Below are positions 29,159 through 38,398 of a stretch of DNA of 47,238 bases, piece after piece. The position numbers were made by a program, and so were the translations under genes. Location of the stretch: NCBI GenBank assembly GCA_031370645.1, contig JANMQV010000089.1, positions 1 through 47,238 on the forward strand, in the 5' to 3' direction. The notes under the pieces are model-generated. The model was not told the origin of the DNA, made no database searches, and was given only the letters and a program-made list of their open reading frames with translations. Each line of letters starts with the position of its first letter. Position 1 is the stretch's first letter. The DNA is from Candidatus Eiseniibacteriota bacterium (GTDB lineage Bacteria; Eisenbacteria; RBG-16-71-46; SZUA-252).

Positions 29159-30456
29159 TCGGCATGCGCGTGTTGGTGGTGGGACAGGGTGGGCGCGAGC
29201 ATGCGCTCGTGGAAGCGCTTCACAATGCCGAGGATCATCCGCAAGTCTTCGTAGCCCCCGGGAATCCCGGCATGGAGCAGTTCGCCGAGCGCGTCGCGAT
29301 CGGACCGACCGACGTGGAGTCGATCGTCGGCTGGTCTCGGAAGAACGAGATCGATTTCGTCGTGATCGGGCCGGACGCCGCAGTCGCCGCGGGGCTGGCG
29401 GATGAACTGCGCGCAGTCGGCATCGCGGTTCTCGGTCCGGGCGCCGCGGGCGGACGCCTCGAATCGAGCAAGCGTTATGCGAAGGAGTTGCTGGTGCGGC
29501 TCGGACTCCCCACGGCTCCGTTCCGTGTCGCCACCTCCGCCGACGAGGCGGAGGCGATGCTCCGTGGCGCGACGTACCCCATCGTGCTCAAGGCCGACGG
29601 ACTCGCCGCGGGGAAAGGCGTCTTCATCGCCGCCGACGAGAAGGAGGCGTTGGAGACGATCGACCTCTGGATGCGCGAGGGAGAGCTTGGCGATGCCGGT
29701 TTGACGATTCTGTTTGAAGATTATCTTCGCGGCGAGGAGACCTCCATTCTCGTGCTCACCGACGGCGAGCGTTGGATGCTCTTCCCACCGGCGAGGGATC
29801 ACAAGCGAATCGGCGAAGGCGATACCGGGCCGAACACCGGAGGCATGGGGGCTTGCGCGCCGGCGCGAATTCCTTCCGAAGCCGAGGCTCTGGCGATGGC
29901 CAAACAGATCGTCGATCCGGTTTTGGCGGCGCTCCGCGAGGAGAAGCAGCCCTACCGCGGTATTCTCTATCTCGGCATGATGCTGACCGAGCAGGGGCCG
30001 ATGGTTCTCGAGTTCAACGCCCGCTTTGGCGATCCTGAAGCCCAGGTTGTCCTGCCGCTTCTGACGGAGGATCCGCTTCCGCTCTTCTGGAACGCGGCGC
30101 TCGGCCGGCTCCCGGCTGAACGGCACGGCACGTTCGTGAAGTACGAGGGAGCGGCGGTCTGCGTCATCCTCGCGTCTCCGGGCTATCCGGGGCGGCCGGC
30201 GACCGGCGCCGACATCGAGGGGCTCGAGGGTCCCTGGCCGCACGGCGTTCACGTCTACCACGCCGGTGTCGACCGGCATCACGGGCAGTGGGTCACGAGC
30301 GGCGGGCGCGTGCTCGGCGTGACGGCCCGCGCCATGACGATCGAGGCCGCGCGGGAAGCCGCGTACTCCGCGGCGTCCCACATCTATTTCCCGGGGATGC
30401 AATATCGGCGCGACATCGCGTGCGTGCCGGAGGAATCGAGGAGAGAGGGATCATGA
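29155..30456 (+). CDS. purD: Phosphoribosylamine-glycine ligase
   Basis: VGQGGREHAL, APGNPG, KADGLAAGKGV, DHKR...GPNTGGMGA, EFNARFGDPE and GGRVL. Start ATG 29155. Confidence 0.96.
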   Translation: MIGMRVLVVGQGGREHALVEALHNAEDHPQVFVAPGNPGMEQFAERVAIGPTDVESIVGWSRKNEIDFVVIGPDAAVAAGLADELRAVGIAVLGPGAAGGRLESSKRYAKELLVRLGLPTAPFRVATSADEAEAMLRGATYPIVLKADGLAAGKGVFIAADEKEALETIDLWMREGELGDAGLTILFEDYLRGEETSILVLTDGERWMLFPPARDHKRIGEGDTGPNTGGMGACAPARIPSEAEALAMAKQIVDPVLAALREEKQPYRGILYLGMMLTEQGPMVLEFNARFGDPEAQVVLPLLTEDPLPLFWNAALGRLPAERHGTFVKYEGAAVCVILASPGYPGRPATGADIEGLEGPWPHGVHVYHAGVDRHHGQWVTSGGRVLGVTARAMTIEAAREAAYSAASHIYFPGMQYRRDIACVPEESRREGS

Positions 30457-30929
30457 CCCAGACGGCGCACGTCGCCATTCTGTTCGGAAGCGAATCGGAC
30501 CGGCCGACCATGGAAGAGACGGCAAAGGTGCTCGACTCCTTCGGCATCCCCCACGAAATGCATCACGCCTCCGCGCATCGCTCGCCGAACAAGGTGCAGG
30601 AGATCGTCGCCACGGCACCGCTTCGCGGCGTGAAGGTCTTCATCGCGGCGGCGGGAATGGCGAATCACCTCGCCGGGGCCGTTGCGGCGCACACGACGCT
30701 CCCGGTCATCGGTGTCCCGCTCCTCGGAACCGCGCTCGCGGGGGCCGACGCCCTTTACTCCACCGTGCAGATGCCTCCGGGCGTTCCGGTCGCGACGGTG
30801 GCGATTGGGGTGCCGGGAGCGAAGAACGCGGCGATTCTCGCGGCGCAAATTCTTGCGCTCGGCGATCCGGGCCTCCAATTGAAGCTCGAGGATCTGAAAG
30901 CCCGGCTGGCCCGCGGCGAGAAGATCTAG
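30453..30929 (+). CDS. purE: N5-CAIR mutase / AIR carboxylase
   Basis: GSESD, SAHR, AGMANHLAG, PVIGVP and VQMPPGVPVATV. Start ATG 30453. Confidence 0.95.
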   Translation: MTQTAHVAILFGSESDRPTMEETAKVLDSFGIPHEMHHASAHRSPNKVQEIVATAPLRGVKVFIAAAGMANHLAGAVAAHTTLPVIGVPLLGTALAGADALYSTVQMPPGVPVATVAIGVPGAKNAAILAAQILALGDPGLQLKLEDLKARLARGEKI

Positions 30930-30933
30930 GAAC

Positions 30934-31566
30934 GTGGCAGGACTGCCGGCGCCTCCCGTGCGTCGCGTCGCACTCGATCGTCCCGAGTCGTGGGGAGCGG
31001 TCGTGGCGGAGTCCGCCGCCGATCTCGCGCGCGGCGAAATCGTCCTCCTCCCGGCCGAGGGCCTCTACGGATTTCACGTTCGCGCCGATTTGCCGCACGC
31101 GCTCGCTCATCTCCACGCGATCAAGCCCCGAGAACGCGGCCGAGGATGGATCGTCCTTCTCGCGGAGCCGCGCCTTCCCACCGCGTGGCGAAGCGCGCTG
31201 GAAGGGAAGGCCGCAGCGCTCGCCGCGGCCCACTGGCCCGGCGCCCTCACGATCGTCATCCCTGCCGAAGCCGGCGTTCCTCCCGAACTCAAAGCGGAAT
31301 CGGGGACGATCGCATTCCGTTGCCCCGGGAGCGAATTCCTGCGCGCCGTGGTCGCCGCTTCCGGCGGGCCGCTCGTCACCACCTCGGCGAATCGCCCGGG
31401 AGAGTCGCCGCCCGCTACCTTCGATTCGTGCGATCTCGAGGGTGTAGCGCTGGCGGTGGACGGGGGCCCTCTCTCCGGGCTCCCCTCCACCGTCGTCCGG
31501 GTGGACGGAAGTACCGTTCAGGTGCTGCGTTCCGGCGCCGTTCGGGTAGAGGGGGAGGGGCCTTGA
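30934..31566 (+). CDS. tsaC: Threonylcarbamoyl-AMP synthase (TsaC/YrdC, single-domain)
   Basis: PAEGLYG, KPR, WPGALT, TTSAN and PSTVV motifs. No Sua5 C-terminal domain. Confidence 0.85.
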   Translation: MAGLPAPPVRRVALDRPESWGAVVAESAADLARGEIVLLPAEGLYGFHVRADLPHALAHLHAIKPRERGRGWIVLLAEPRLPTAWRSALEGKAAALAAAHWPGALTIVIPAEAGVPPELKAESGTIAFRCPGSEFLRAVVAASGGPLVTTSANRPGESPPATFDSCDLEGVALAVDGGPLSGLPSTVVRVDGSTVQVLRSGAVRVEGEGP

Positions 31567-31591
31567 CGCTCCCCGGTGCCACCCCTAGACT
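31563..31591 (+). promoter_or_regulatory. sigma70-like promoter upstream of the phosphatase gene
   Basis: TTGACG (31563-31568, includes the tsaC stop codon), 17-nt spacer, TAGACT (31586-31591). Confidence 0.65.
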
Positions 31592-31627
31592 CGACCCGTC
31601 ACGAACACATTCGGCCCTGCGAGGTTC

Positions 31628-32116
31628 ATGATTCGAGTCCTGGTGATCTGCACCGGCAACACCTGCCGAAGCCCCATGGCGGAGGTGGCGCTGCGAGCGC
31701 TCCTCCCGCCCGACCTAGCGGCCTTTGTCGAGGTGGAGTCGGCGGGAACCGGGGCCGGGGAAGGCGCTCCGGCGACGCCGCTCGCGATTGCGACGGCCGC
31801 CGGCCACGGTCTTCACCTGGAAGCGCACCGAGCGCGGGCGCTGACGCCGCGGCTCATTCGCGAGGCCGATTTCGTGCTCGCGATGGAGCCGCGTCACGCG
31901 GAGTGGGCGCGAAGTCTGGCGCCCGTCGCGCGCGACCGGATTCATCTCGTCACCGAGCAGGGCGCCGAGGGTGGCGCCGCGGCGGCGGGCATTCGCGATC
32001 CCCTGGGGGGGACCGCGGAAGAATACGCGGATACGTTTCACCTGATTCGGAGCCACCTGCTGCGGTGGGTTCCCCTCCTTCGAGGAGAGCTCGAGCGGCG
32101 GGAAGGCGTTCGGTAG
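31628..32116 (+). CDS. Low-molecular-weight phosphatase, YwlE-like (protein arginine phosphatase)
   Basis: CTGNTCRSPMAE P-loop, SAGT and IRDPLGG. Located between tsaC and glyA. Confidence 0.85.
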   Translation: MIRVLVICTGNTCRSPMAEVALRALLPPDLAAFVEVESAGTGAGEGAPATPLAIATAAGHGLHLEAHRARALTPRLIREADFVLAMEPRHAEWARSLAPVARDRIHLVTEQGAEGGAAAAGIRDPLGGTAEEYADTFHLIRSHLLRWVPLLRGELERREGVR

Positions 32117-32162
32117 CACCGGCGCGGCCACGCAAGGCCGCCGCCGGCCACAGGAGGAGCCC

Positions 32163-33125
32163 ATGGCGCGGGAAGCCCAGCCGGTCATTTGGATGAACGG
32201 CAAGTTCATCGCTTTCGAAGACGCGAAGATCCACATTCTTTCGCACGTCGTTCACTACGGCTCGAGCGTCTTCGAGGGGATCCGCGCATACGACACGCCG
32301 CGCGGCACCGCGATCTTCCGCCTCGACCGCCACGTGCAGCGGCTGTTCGACTCCTGCAAGATCGCGCGCATGATGCCGACGTTCGGCTATGACAAGCTGA
32401 TGGAAGCGTCGAAGGCGACGGTGCGCGAGAACGGCGGGAAGGCGTGCTACCTCCGCCCGGTCGTCTACCGCGGCTACCGCACGCTCGGAGTCAATCCCAC
32501 CGGCGTCCCGGTGGACGTCGCCATCGCGACGCTCAACTGGGGCAAGTACCTCGGCAAGGACGCCCTCGAGAAGGGAATCGCCGTCCGCGTCTCCTCATGG
32601 CGGCGCGCCGCTCCCGACACCTTCCCCTTCATGGCGAAGACGGGCGCGAATTACATGAACTCCCAGTTGATCAAGCTCGAGGCGATCGCCGACGGCTACG
32701 AGGAGGGAATCGCCCTCGACTCCTTCGGCTTCCTGGCCGAAGGAAGCGGGGAGAATCTCTTCCTGGTGCGCGGCGAGACGCTCTACACGCCGACGCAGGC
32801 GAACGCCATTCTGCCGGGCGTCACGCGCGACTGCGTCATCGTCCTCGCCCGGGAAATGGGGCTCGAGGTTCGCGAGGAGCAGCTCCCGCGCGAGATGCTG
32901 ACGATCGCCGATGAAGTCTTCTTCACGGGGACGGCGGCGGAGATCACGCCGATCACGAGCATTGACCGCATGCAGGTGGGAGGCGGCCGCGTGGGTGCGG
33001 TGACGAAGAAACTTCAAGAGGCGTTCTTCGACATCATTGAGGGACGCGCCCGCGACCGTCATGGCTGGCTCTTCCCGATCGCCGCGGCCGGCAAAGTGCA
33101 GCGGGCGGCGAAGAAGGCCCGCTGA
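32163..33125 (+). CDS. ilvE: Branched-chain amino acid aminotransferase
   Basis: [24 protein letters not shown] (PLP lysine), [15 protein letters not shown] and TGTAAE. AGGAGG RBS. Confidence 0.95.
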   Translation: MAREAQPVIWMNGKFIAFEDAKIHILSHVVHYGSSVFEGIRAYDTPRGTAIFRLDRHVQRLFDSCKIARMMPTFGYDKLMEASKATVRENGGKACYLRPVVYRGYRTLGVNPTGVPVDVAIATLNWGKYLGKDALEKGIAVRVSSWRRAAPDTFPFMAKTGANYMNSQLIKLEAIADGYEEGIALDSFGFLAEGSGENLFLVRGETLYTPTQANAILPGVTRDCVIVLAREMGLEVREEQLPREMLTIADEVFFTGTAAEITPITSIDRMQVGGGRVGAVTKKLQEAFFDIIEGRARDRHGWLFPIAAAGKVQRAAKKAR

Positions 33126-33135
33126 GACGCCGCGC

Positions 33136-34434
33136 GTGACGCCGACCCGCCCGAGCGGAAGCGGAATCGCCCTCTCCACGTCGCGCGAGGCGCCGCTTTC
33201 CGCCGTCGATCCCGAGATCGCGGATGCCATACGCCGCGAGATCGGCCGCCAGCGCGGCACGCTGGAGCTGATCGCCTCCGAGAATTTCGTGAGCGAGGCA
33301 ATTCTCGAGGCGATGGGGACGCCGCTCACCAACAAGTACGCCGAGGGCTATCCGGGAAAGCGCTACTACGGCGGCTGCGAGTTCGTGGACGTGGCCGAGT
33401 CGCTCGCGATCGAGCGCGCCAAGTCGCTCTTCGGCGCCGAACACGCGAACGTGCAGCCGCACGCGGGCGCGCCGGCCAACCTCGCCGCCTATCTCGCCCT
33501 CATGCCGCCGGGCTCGACCCTTCTCGGCATGGCGCTCGCGCACGGCGGGCATCTCACGCACGGACATAAGGTCTCGGCCTCGGGAATCATCTTCAAGGCA
33601 GTCCAGTACGGGCTTTCCCCCGAGACCGGGCTTCTCGACTACGACCAGGTTGCCACGCTGGCACGGCAGCACAAGCCGCAGGTCATCGTCGCGGGGGCGA
33701 GCGCCTATCCGCGCCTCATCGACTTCGCGCGCTTCCGAGCGATCGCCGACGAGGTCGGAGCCCGCTTCGTGGTCGACATGGCGCACATCGCCGGCCTCGT
33801 CGCCGCGAGGGTTCACCCGAGCCCCGTGCCGCACGCAGACGTCGTCACCACCACGACCCATAAGACGCTCCGCGGACCGCGCAGCGGCCTCATCCTATGC
33901 AAGAGCGAATTCGCGAAAGCGATTGATAAGGCGGTATTTCCAGGGCTCCAAGGCGGCCCCCTCATGCACACGATCGCGGCCAAGGCGGTCTGCTTCAAGG
34001 AGGCGGCGACCCCCGAATTCAAGACCTACTCGAAGCAGGTGGTCGAGAATGCCCGCGCCCTCGCGGACGAGCTGACCGCCCGCGGCTATCGACTTGTCAC
34101 CGGCGGGACGGACACGCATCTCCTCTTGGTCGATTTCAAGAAGGCGGCCTTTTCCGGCGCCGAAGCCGAGACGGCGCTTCACGCGGCGGGGATCACCGTC
34201 AACAAGAATGCCGTGCCCGACGATCCGCGCCCGCCCTCGGTCACGAGCGGGATCCGGATCGGCACCGCGGCGGTCACCACGCGCGGGCTCGGCGTCACCG
34301 AGATGAAGCGCCTCGGCGCCTGGATCGACGAAGCGATCCGTTCTCGCGGCGACGCCGCGGCGCTCGCCGCCATCGAACGCCAAGTCACCGAGCTCTGCCG
34401 CTCGCTCCCGCTCTACACGAGCCGCGTCGCGTAG
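33136..34434 (+). CDS. glyA: Serine hydroxymethyltransferase
   Basis: [38 protein letters not shown] and [11 protein letters not shown]. Start GTG 33136 is tentative. Confidence 0.97.
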   Translation: MTPTRPSGSGIALSTSREAPLSAVDPEIADAIRREIGRQRGTLELIASENFVSEAILEAMGTPLTNKYAEGYPGKRYYGGCEFVDVAESLAIERAKSLFGAEHANVQPHAGAPANLAAYLALMPPGSTLLGMALAHGGHLTHGHKVSASGIIFKAVQYGLSPETGLLDYDQVATLARQHKPQVIVAGASAYPRLIDFARFRAIADEVGARFVVDMAHIAGLVAARVHPSPVPHADVVTTTTHKTLRGPRSGLILCKSEFAKAIDKAVFPGLQGGPLMHTIAAKAVCFKEAATPEFKTYSKQVVENARALADELTARGYRLVTGGTDTHLLLVDFKKAAFSGAEAETALHAAGITVNKNAVPDDPRPPSVTSGIRIGTAAVTTRGLGVTEMKRLGAWIDEAIRSRGDAAALAAIERQVTELCRSLPLYTSRVA

Positions 34435-34456
34435 CCGCGCTCCCGCCGACCGACCG

Positions 34457-35446
34457 ATGAGCGAAATCTCCCTCGAAGAACGGACCGCCCACGTACGGGC
34501 CGAAAGCGCCTTCGTGCCGCGTCTCCTCGAATCGGTGGAGCGCGTCATCGTGGGGCAGGAGACGATGGTCCGCCGAATTCTGGTCGGTCTTCTCGCCGAC
34601 GGACATCTCCTTCTCGAAGGGGTACCGGGGCTCGCGAAGACGCTCGCCGTGAAGACGGTGGCGCAGGCGATCGACGCGAAGTTCCGCCGCATTCAATTCA
34701 CGCCCGACCTCCTGCCCGCCGACCTGACGGGCACGCTCGTCTTCGATCCTCGCGCCGGAACCTTCTCGCCGAAATTCGGCCCCGTCTTCACCCAGATTCT
34801 CCTGGCGGACGAGATCAATCGCGCGCCGGCCAAGGTGCAGAGCGCGCTCCTCGAAGCGATGCAGGAACGGCAGGTCACGATCGGGGAGACGACCTATCCG
34901 CTCGACGGACTCTTCTGGGTGCTCGCGACGCAGAACCCGATCGAGCAGGAGGGGACCTATCCGCTTCCCGAAGCGCAGATGGATCGCTTCCTCCTGAAGA
35001 TCCGCGTCGGCTACCCGAGTCCCGAGGAAGAGGCCGCCATACTCGATCGCATGGGCGGGGAGCCGGTGCCGCCGCCGACCGCGGTCGTCAGCGCCGACTC
35101 CATCAAGAGCGCCCGCCGCACCGTGAACGGCGTTTATCTCGATGGACGGATCCGCCGCTACATCGTCGATCTGGTGCACGCGACGCGCGAGCCGGAACGC
35201 TTCGGTCTCGACATCCGCCCCCTCATTCAATTCGGCGCCTCGCCGCGCGCCACGCTCGCTCTCGCGCGCGCCTGCCGCGCGTACGCGTTCCTCGACGGCC
35301 GCGCCTACGTGACGCCCGACGACGTGAAGGATTTGGCACCCGACGTGTTCCGCCATCGCATCCTCCTCACGTACGAGGCGGAGGCGGAAGGCGTCCCCGT
35401 CGACGAGATCACCCGCCGGATCCTCGCGCGCGTCGCCGTCCCGTGA
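34457..35446 (+). CDS. moxR: MoxR family AAA+ ATPase
   Basis: EGVPGLAKT, RIQFTPDLLPAD, LADEINRA, ATQNPIEQEGTYPLPEAQMDRF and GASPRA. Confidence 0.96.
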   Translation: MSEISLEERTAHVRAESAFVPRLLESVERVIVGQETMVRRILVGLLADGHLLLEGVPGLAKTLAVKTVAQAIDAKFRRIQFTPDLLPADLTGTLVFDPRAGTFSPKFGPVFTQILLADEINRAPAKVQSALLEAMQERQVTIGETTYPLDGLFWVLATQNPIEQEGTYPLPEAQMDRFLLKIRVGYPSPEEEAAILDRMGGEPVPPPTAVVSADSIKSARRTVNGVYLDGRIRRYIVDLVHATREPERFGLDIRPLIQFGASPRATLALARACRAYAFLDGRAYVTPDDVKDLAPDVFRHRILLTYEAEAEGVPVDEITRRILARVAVP

Positions 35447-36318
35447 TCACGCCGGAACTTCTCGCCCAGGTTCGCCGGCTCACGATCCGGAGCCGGCGGG
35501 CGGTCGAGGAGGTTTTCTCCGGCGCCTACCGAAGCGCCTTCCGAGGACAAGGGCTCGAGTTCGCCGAGGTCCGCGAATACGTTCCCGGCGACGACATCCG
35601 CTCGATCGACTGGAACGTCACCGCCCGCGCGGGGCGGCCGTTCGTGAAGCGTTTCGACGAAGAGCGGGAACTGACCGTGGTGGTCGCGCTCGACCTCTCC
35701 GGCTCGCTCGCCTTCGGGAGCCGCGCCCGCGCCAAGCGGGACGCGGCGGCCGAAGCGGGCGCCCTCCTCGCGCTCGCCGCCGCGCGAAATCGTGACCGCG
35801 TGGGCCTCCTTCTCTTTACCGATCAGGTGGAGCTCTTCCTCCCGCCCGGCAAAAGCCGTTCGCGCGCGCTTCGAATCGCGCGGGACCTCTTGGCGTTCGA
35901 GCCGAAGGGAAAGGGGACCGATGTCGCCGGCGCGCTCGAATTCCTCCATCGCGTGCTGCGCCGCCGCGCGGTCGTCTTCCTGCTCTCCGACTGGCGCGCC
36001 GCGGCGTTCGATCGACCCCTTTCGTCCCTCGCGCGGAAGCACGACGTGGTGGCGCTCGAGGTGGCCGATCCGCTCGAGCGCGACGCGCCGTCGCGCGGAC
36101 TCCTCCGCGTGCGCGATCTCGAGACCGGGAAGGCCGCCTGGGTCGACGCCTCCTCGCGCGCCGCACGCGGCGCGTGGCGCGCCGGAGTGGCGCGACGCAC
36201 GCGGGAACTCGATCAGGTCTTTCGACGGGCCGGCGTTCCGCGCATCTCGCTCGACGCGGATCGCCCCGTGGCGCCGGTGCTCATTCGCTACTTCGAGCGC
36301 CGCTCGGCCGCTCGGTAG
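35443..36318 (+). CDS. DUF58 domain protein (vWA-like)
   Basis: GQGLEFAEVREYVPGDDIRSIDWNVTAR, VKRFDEERE and DLSGSL. Confidence 0.93.
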   Translation: MITPELLAQVRRLTIRSRRAVEEVFSGAYRSAFRGQGLEFAEVREYVPGDDIRSIDWNVTARAGRPFVKRFDEERELTVVVALDLSGSLAFGSRARAKRDAAAEAGALLALAAARNRDRVGLLLFTDQVELFLPPGKSRSRALRIARDLLAFEPKGKGTDVAGALEFLHRVLRRRAVVFLLSDWRAAAFDRPLSSLARKHDVVALEVADPLERDAPSRGLLRVRDLETGKAAWVDASSRAARGAWRAGVARRTRELDQVFRRAGVPRISLDADRPVAPVLIRYFERRSAAR

Positions 36319-36322
36319 GGCC

Positions 36323-37396
36323 ATGCGCCGCTCGCTCGCCGCGCCGGTCGCGCTCCTCGTCCTGCTCTCCGCGGGGTGCGGCGGCTCGAAAGAGACCGGA
36401 AGCGCCCGGGAGCGGGACGAGGTGCGCGCTTACGGTCGTGTCGTCGTCCGGAGCGAGGCGACGCCGCGGCGCGTCACGCTCGGCGATCCGCTCGTCTGGA
36501 CGCTCACGGCCACGCTTCCGCCGTCCTCCGAACCGCTCGCGGTACTCCTCGATGCCGTTCCCATCTCGCTCGATCTCTCGCCGAGAGGGGAGCCGACCGT
36601 GCGGACAACGCGCGACGCGGTCGTCTGGAGCCGCCGTTACGACGTGCGAGGTTTCGATCTCGGCTCGCTCGCCCTTCCCGGCGCGAGGCTTCCGATTCGC
36701 GTGGCTTTGGCGCGCGGCGGCTTCACCGCCGACACGCTTGCGTTTCCGTTCGATTCGATCGCGGTCGACTCCCTGAGCCCGGCCGCGACCGGCACCACCG
36801 CTCCCGATCGCGGCCCGATCGATCCCGGTCTCCGTCCGATCGACTTCGCCGTCGCCGGCGTCCTGGCGGTGATCGTGGCGGCACTCCTCTTCTTCCTGAT
36901 TCGCGCGTGGCGGAATCGCCGTGGCGCGTCGGACGCCGTGGCGCCCGCCGAGCCGCCGGAGCCGCGTTTCGCGCGGGCGCTCGAATCGCTCCGGCACGAC
37001 GGCCCGTCGCTGGCGCGCGACGCCTTCCACGAGCGACTGAGCGACGCCATCCGCCGCTACGTCGGCGACGTGACGGGAGTCGACGCGATCGATCTCACGA
37101 CGCGCGAATTGGAGCGGGAACTGACGCAATCGCCGCGCACGCGGCCGGAGGCGGCGGGGGAGATCGTCCGAATCCTTCGCCGGTCGGACCTCGTCAAGTT
37201 CGCGCGCCGGCCCGACGCGTGGGAAGAGGCGCGCGCACTACTCGAAGATGCCGAACGCCTTTCCGGCGCGGTCGCGGTCGAAATGGCGCCCGTGCCCGCG
37301 GCTGCTCCGGCGGGCGCTTCGGCGTCGGCCCCTCCGACGTCGTCGCCTCCCGCGTCGTCGTCCGAACCGGCGCCACCGGCAGGGGAGGGCTCCTAA
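36323..37396 (+). CDS. Bat-operon membrane protein with a predicted lipoprotein signal
   Basis: MRRSLAAPVALLVLLSAG-C lipobox, a beta-rich domain, a TM helix (FAVAGVLAVIVAALLFFLI), then LSDAIRRY/LTTRE/DLVKFA motifs typical of the gene between DUF58 and batA. Start ATG 36323. Confidence 0.78.
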   Translation: MRRSLAAPVALLVLLSAGCGGSKETGSARERDEVRAYGRVVVRSEATPRRVTLGDPLVWTLTATLPPSSEPLAVLLDAVPISLDLSPRGEPTVRTTRDAVVWSRRYDVRGFDLGSLALPGARLPIRVALARGGFTADTLAFPFDSIAVDSLSPAATGTTAPDRGPIDPGLRPIDFAVAGVLAVIVAALLFFLIRAWRNRRGASDAVAPAEPPEPRFARALESLRHDGPSLARDAFHERLSDAIRRYVGDVTGVDAIDLTTRELERELTQSPRTRPEAAGEIVRILRRSDLVKFARRPDAWEEARALLEDAERLSGAVAVEMAPVPAAAPAGASASAPPTSSPPASSSEPAPPAGEGS

Positions 37397-37399
37397 GCC

Positions 37400-38386
37400 A
37401 TGCGCTTCGCCGCTCCCTGGCTCCTCCTCATCGCGCTGCCGCTCGTCGTGGCGTGGCTCCTCCGACTCCGCCATCTTCGCTTCCGTGAACCCGAACTCCC
37501 GGTCTCGAGCCTCGCCGCGTTCCCGGCGTCGCGCGGCTGGCGAACGCGGCTCGCGCCGCTCCTCGGTCTTCTCGTTCCGCTCGCCGCCGCAGCCTTCGTG
37601 CTCGCCGCGGCGCGTCCCCAGGCCGGGCGCGAAATGCGCGAGGTCGTGAGCGAGGGGATCGACATCGTGCTGGCGATCGACGTCTCCGGGAGCATGCGCT
37701 GCGAAGATTTCCGGCCACAGAACCGTCTGTACGTCGCGAAGGCGGTCGCGAAGGAATTCCTTCGCGGGCGAAAGCAGGACCGCATCGGCCTCGTCGCGTT
37801 TGCGGGGAGAAGCGAGCTGATCGCCCCGCTCACGCTCGACTACGAAGGCTTGGTTGCGCTCATCGACGGCATCGACTTCGGAATGCTCCCGGACGGCACC
37901 GCCGTCGGCGCCGCGATCGCGCAGGGGGCGCAGCGGCTCCGAGAGGCGAAGGGGAAGAGCCGCGTGCTCGTGCTCCTGACCGACGGGATCAACAACGCGG
38001 GAGCCGTCGATCCGATCACGGCGGCGCGACTGGCGGCCGCGGTCGGCGTCCGCGTCTACACGATCGGCGCCGGGACGCAGGGACAAGCGCCCTTTCCCGT
38101 GGATGACCCGCTGCTTGGCCGCCGCTACGTCTGGGTTCGATCGGAAGTCGACGAGCCGACGCTCCAGGCGGTCGCCACGTTGACGCACGCGCGATTCTTC
38201 CGTGCGACCACAGCCGCGCTCCTGGCTCGCGTCTATCAGGAGATCGACAAATTGGAACCGTCGCGCGTCGAAACTCGTTCCTATACGAAGTGGGCGGAGG
38301 TGGGTCCGTGGTTCCTTGGGGCGGGGCTCCTCCTTCTCGTGCTCGATCTCCTGCTCCGGGCGACGCTGCTCCGGCGCTATCCCTAG
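37400..38386 (+). CDS. batA: vWA domain protein BatA
   Basis: MRFAAPW N-terminus, AARPQ, GIDIVLAIDVSGSM (MIDAS), DRIGLVAF, PLTLD, GTAVG, LLTDG and YQEIDKLE. Confidence 0.92.
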   Translation: MRFAAPWLLLIALPLVVAWLLRLRHLRFREPELPVSSLAAFPASRGWRTRLAPLLGLLVPLAAAAFVLAAARPQAGREMREVVSEGIDIVLAIDVSGSMRCEDFRPQNRLYVAKAVAKEFLRGRKQDRIGLVAFAGRSELIAPLTLDYEGLVALIDGIDFGMLPDGTAVGAAIAQGAQRLREAKGKSRVLVLLTDGINNAGAVDPITAARLAAAVGVRVYTIGAGTQGQAPFPVDDPLLGRRYVWVRSEVDEPTLQAVATLTHARFFRATTAALLARVYQEIDKLEPSRVETRSYTKWAEVGPWFLGAGLLLLVLDLLLRATLLRRYP

Positions 38387-38398
38387 AGGGTCGTTTCG

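Noticed and set aside
27487..30456. Apparent 989-aa PurD fusion
   Set aside because: The N-terminal part overlaps gatA/gatB in another frame and is low-complexity. PurD starts at ATG 29155. The same artefact extends the track ORFs starting at 8694, 13266, 35792, 38290 and 39692.
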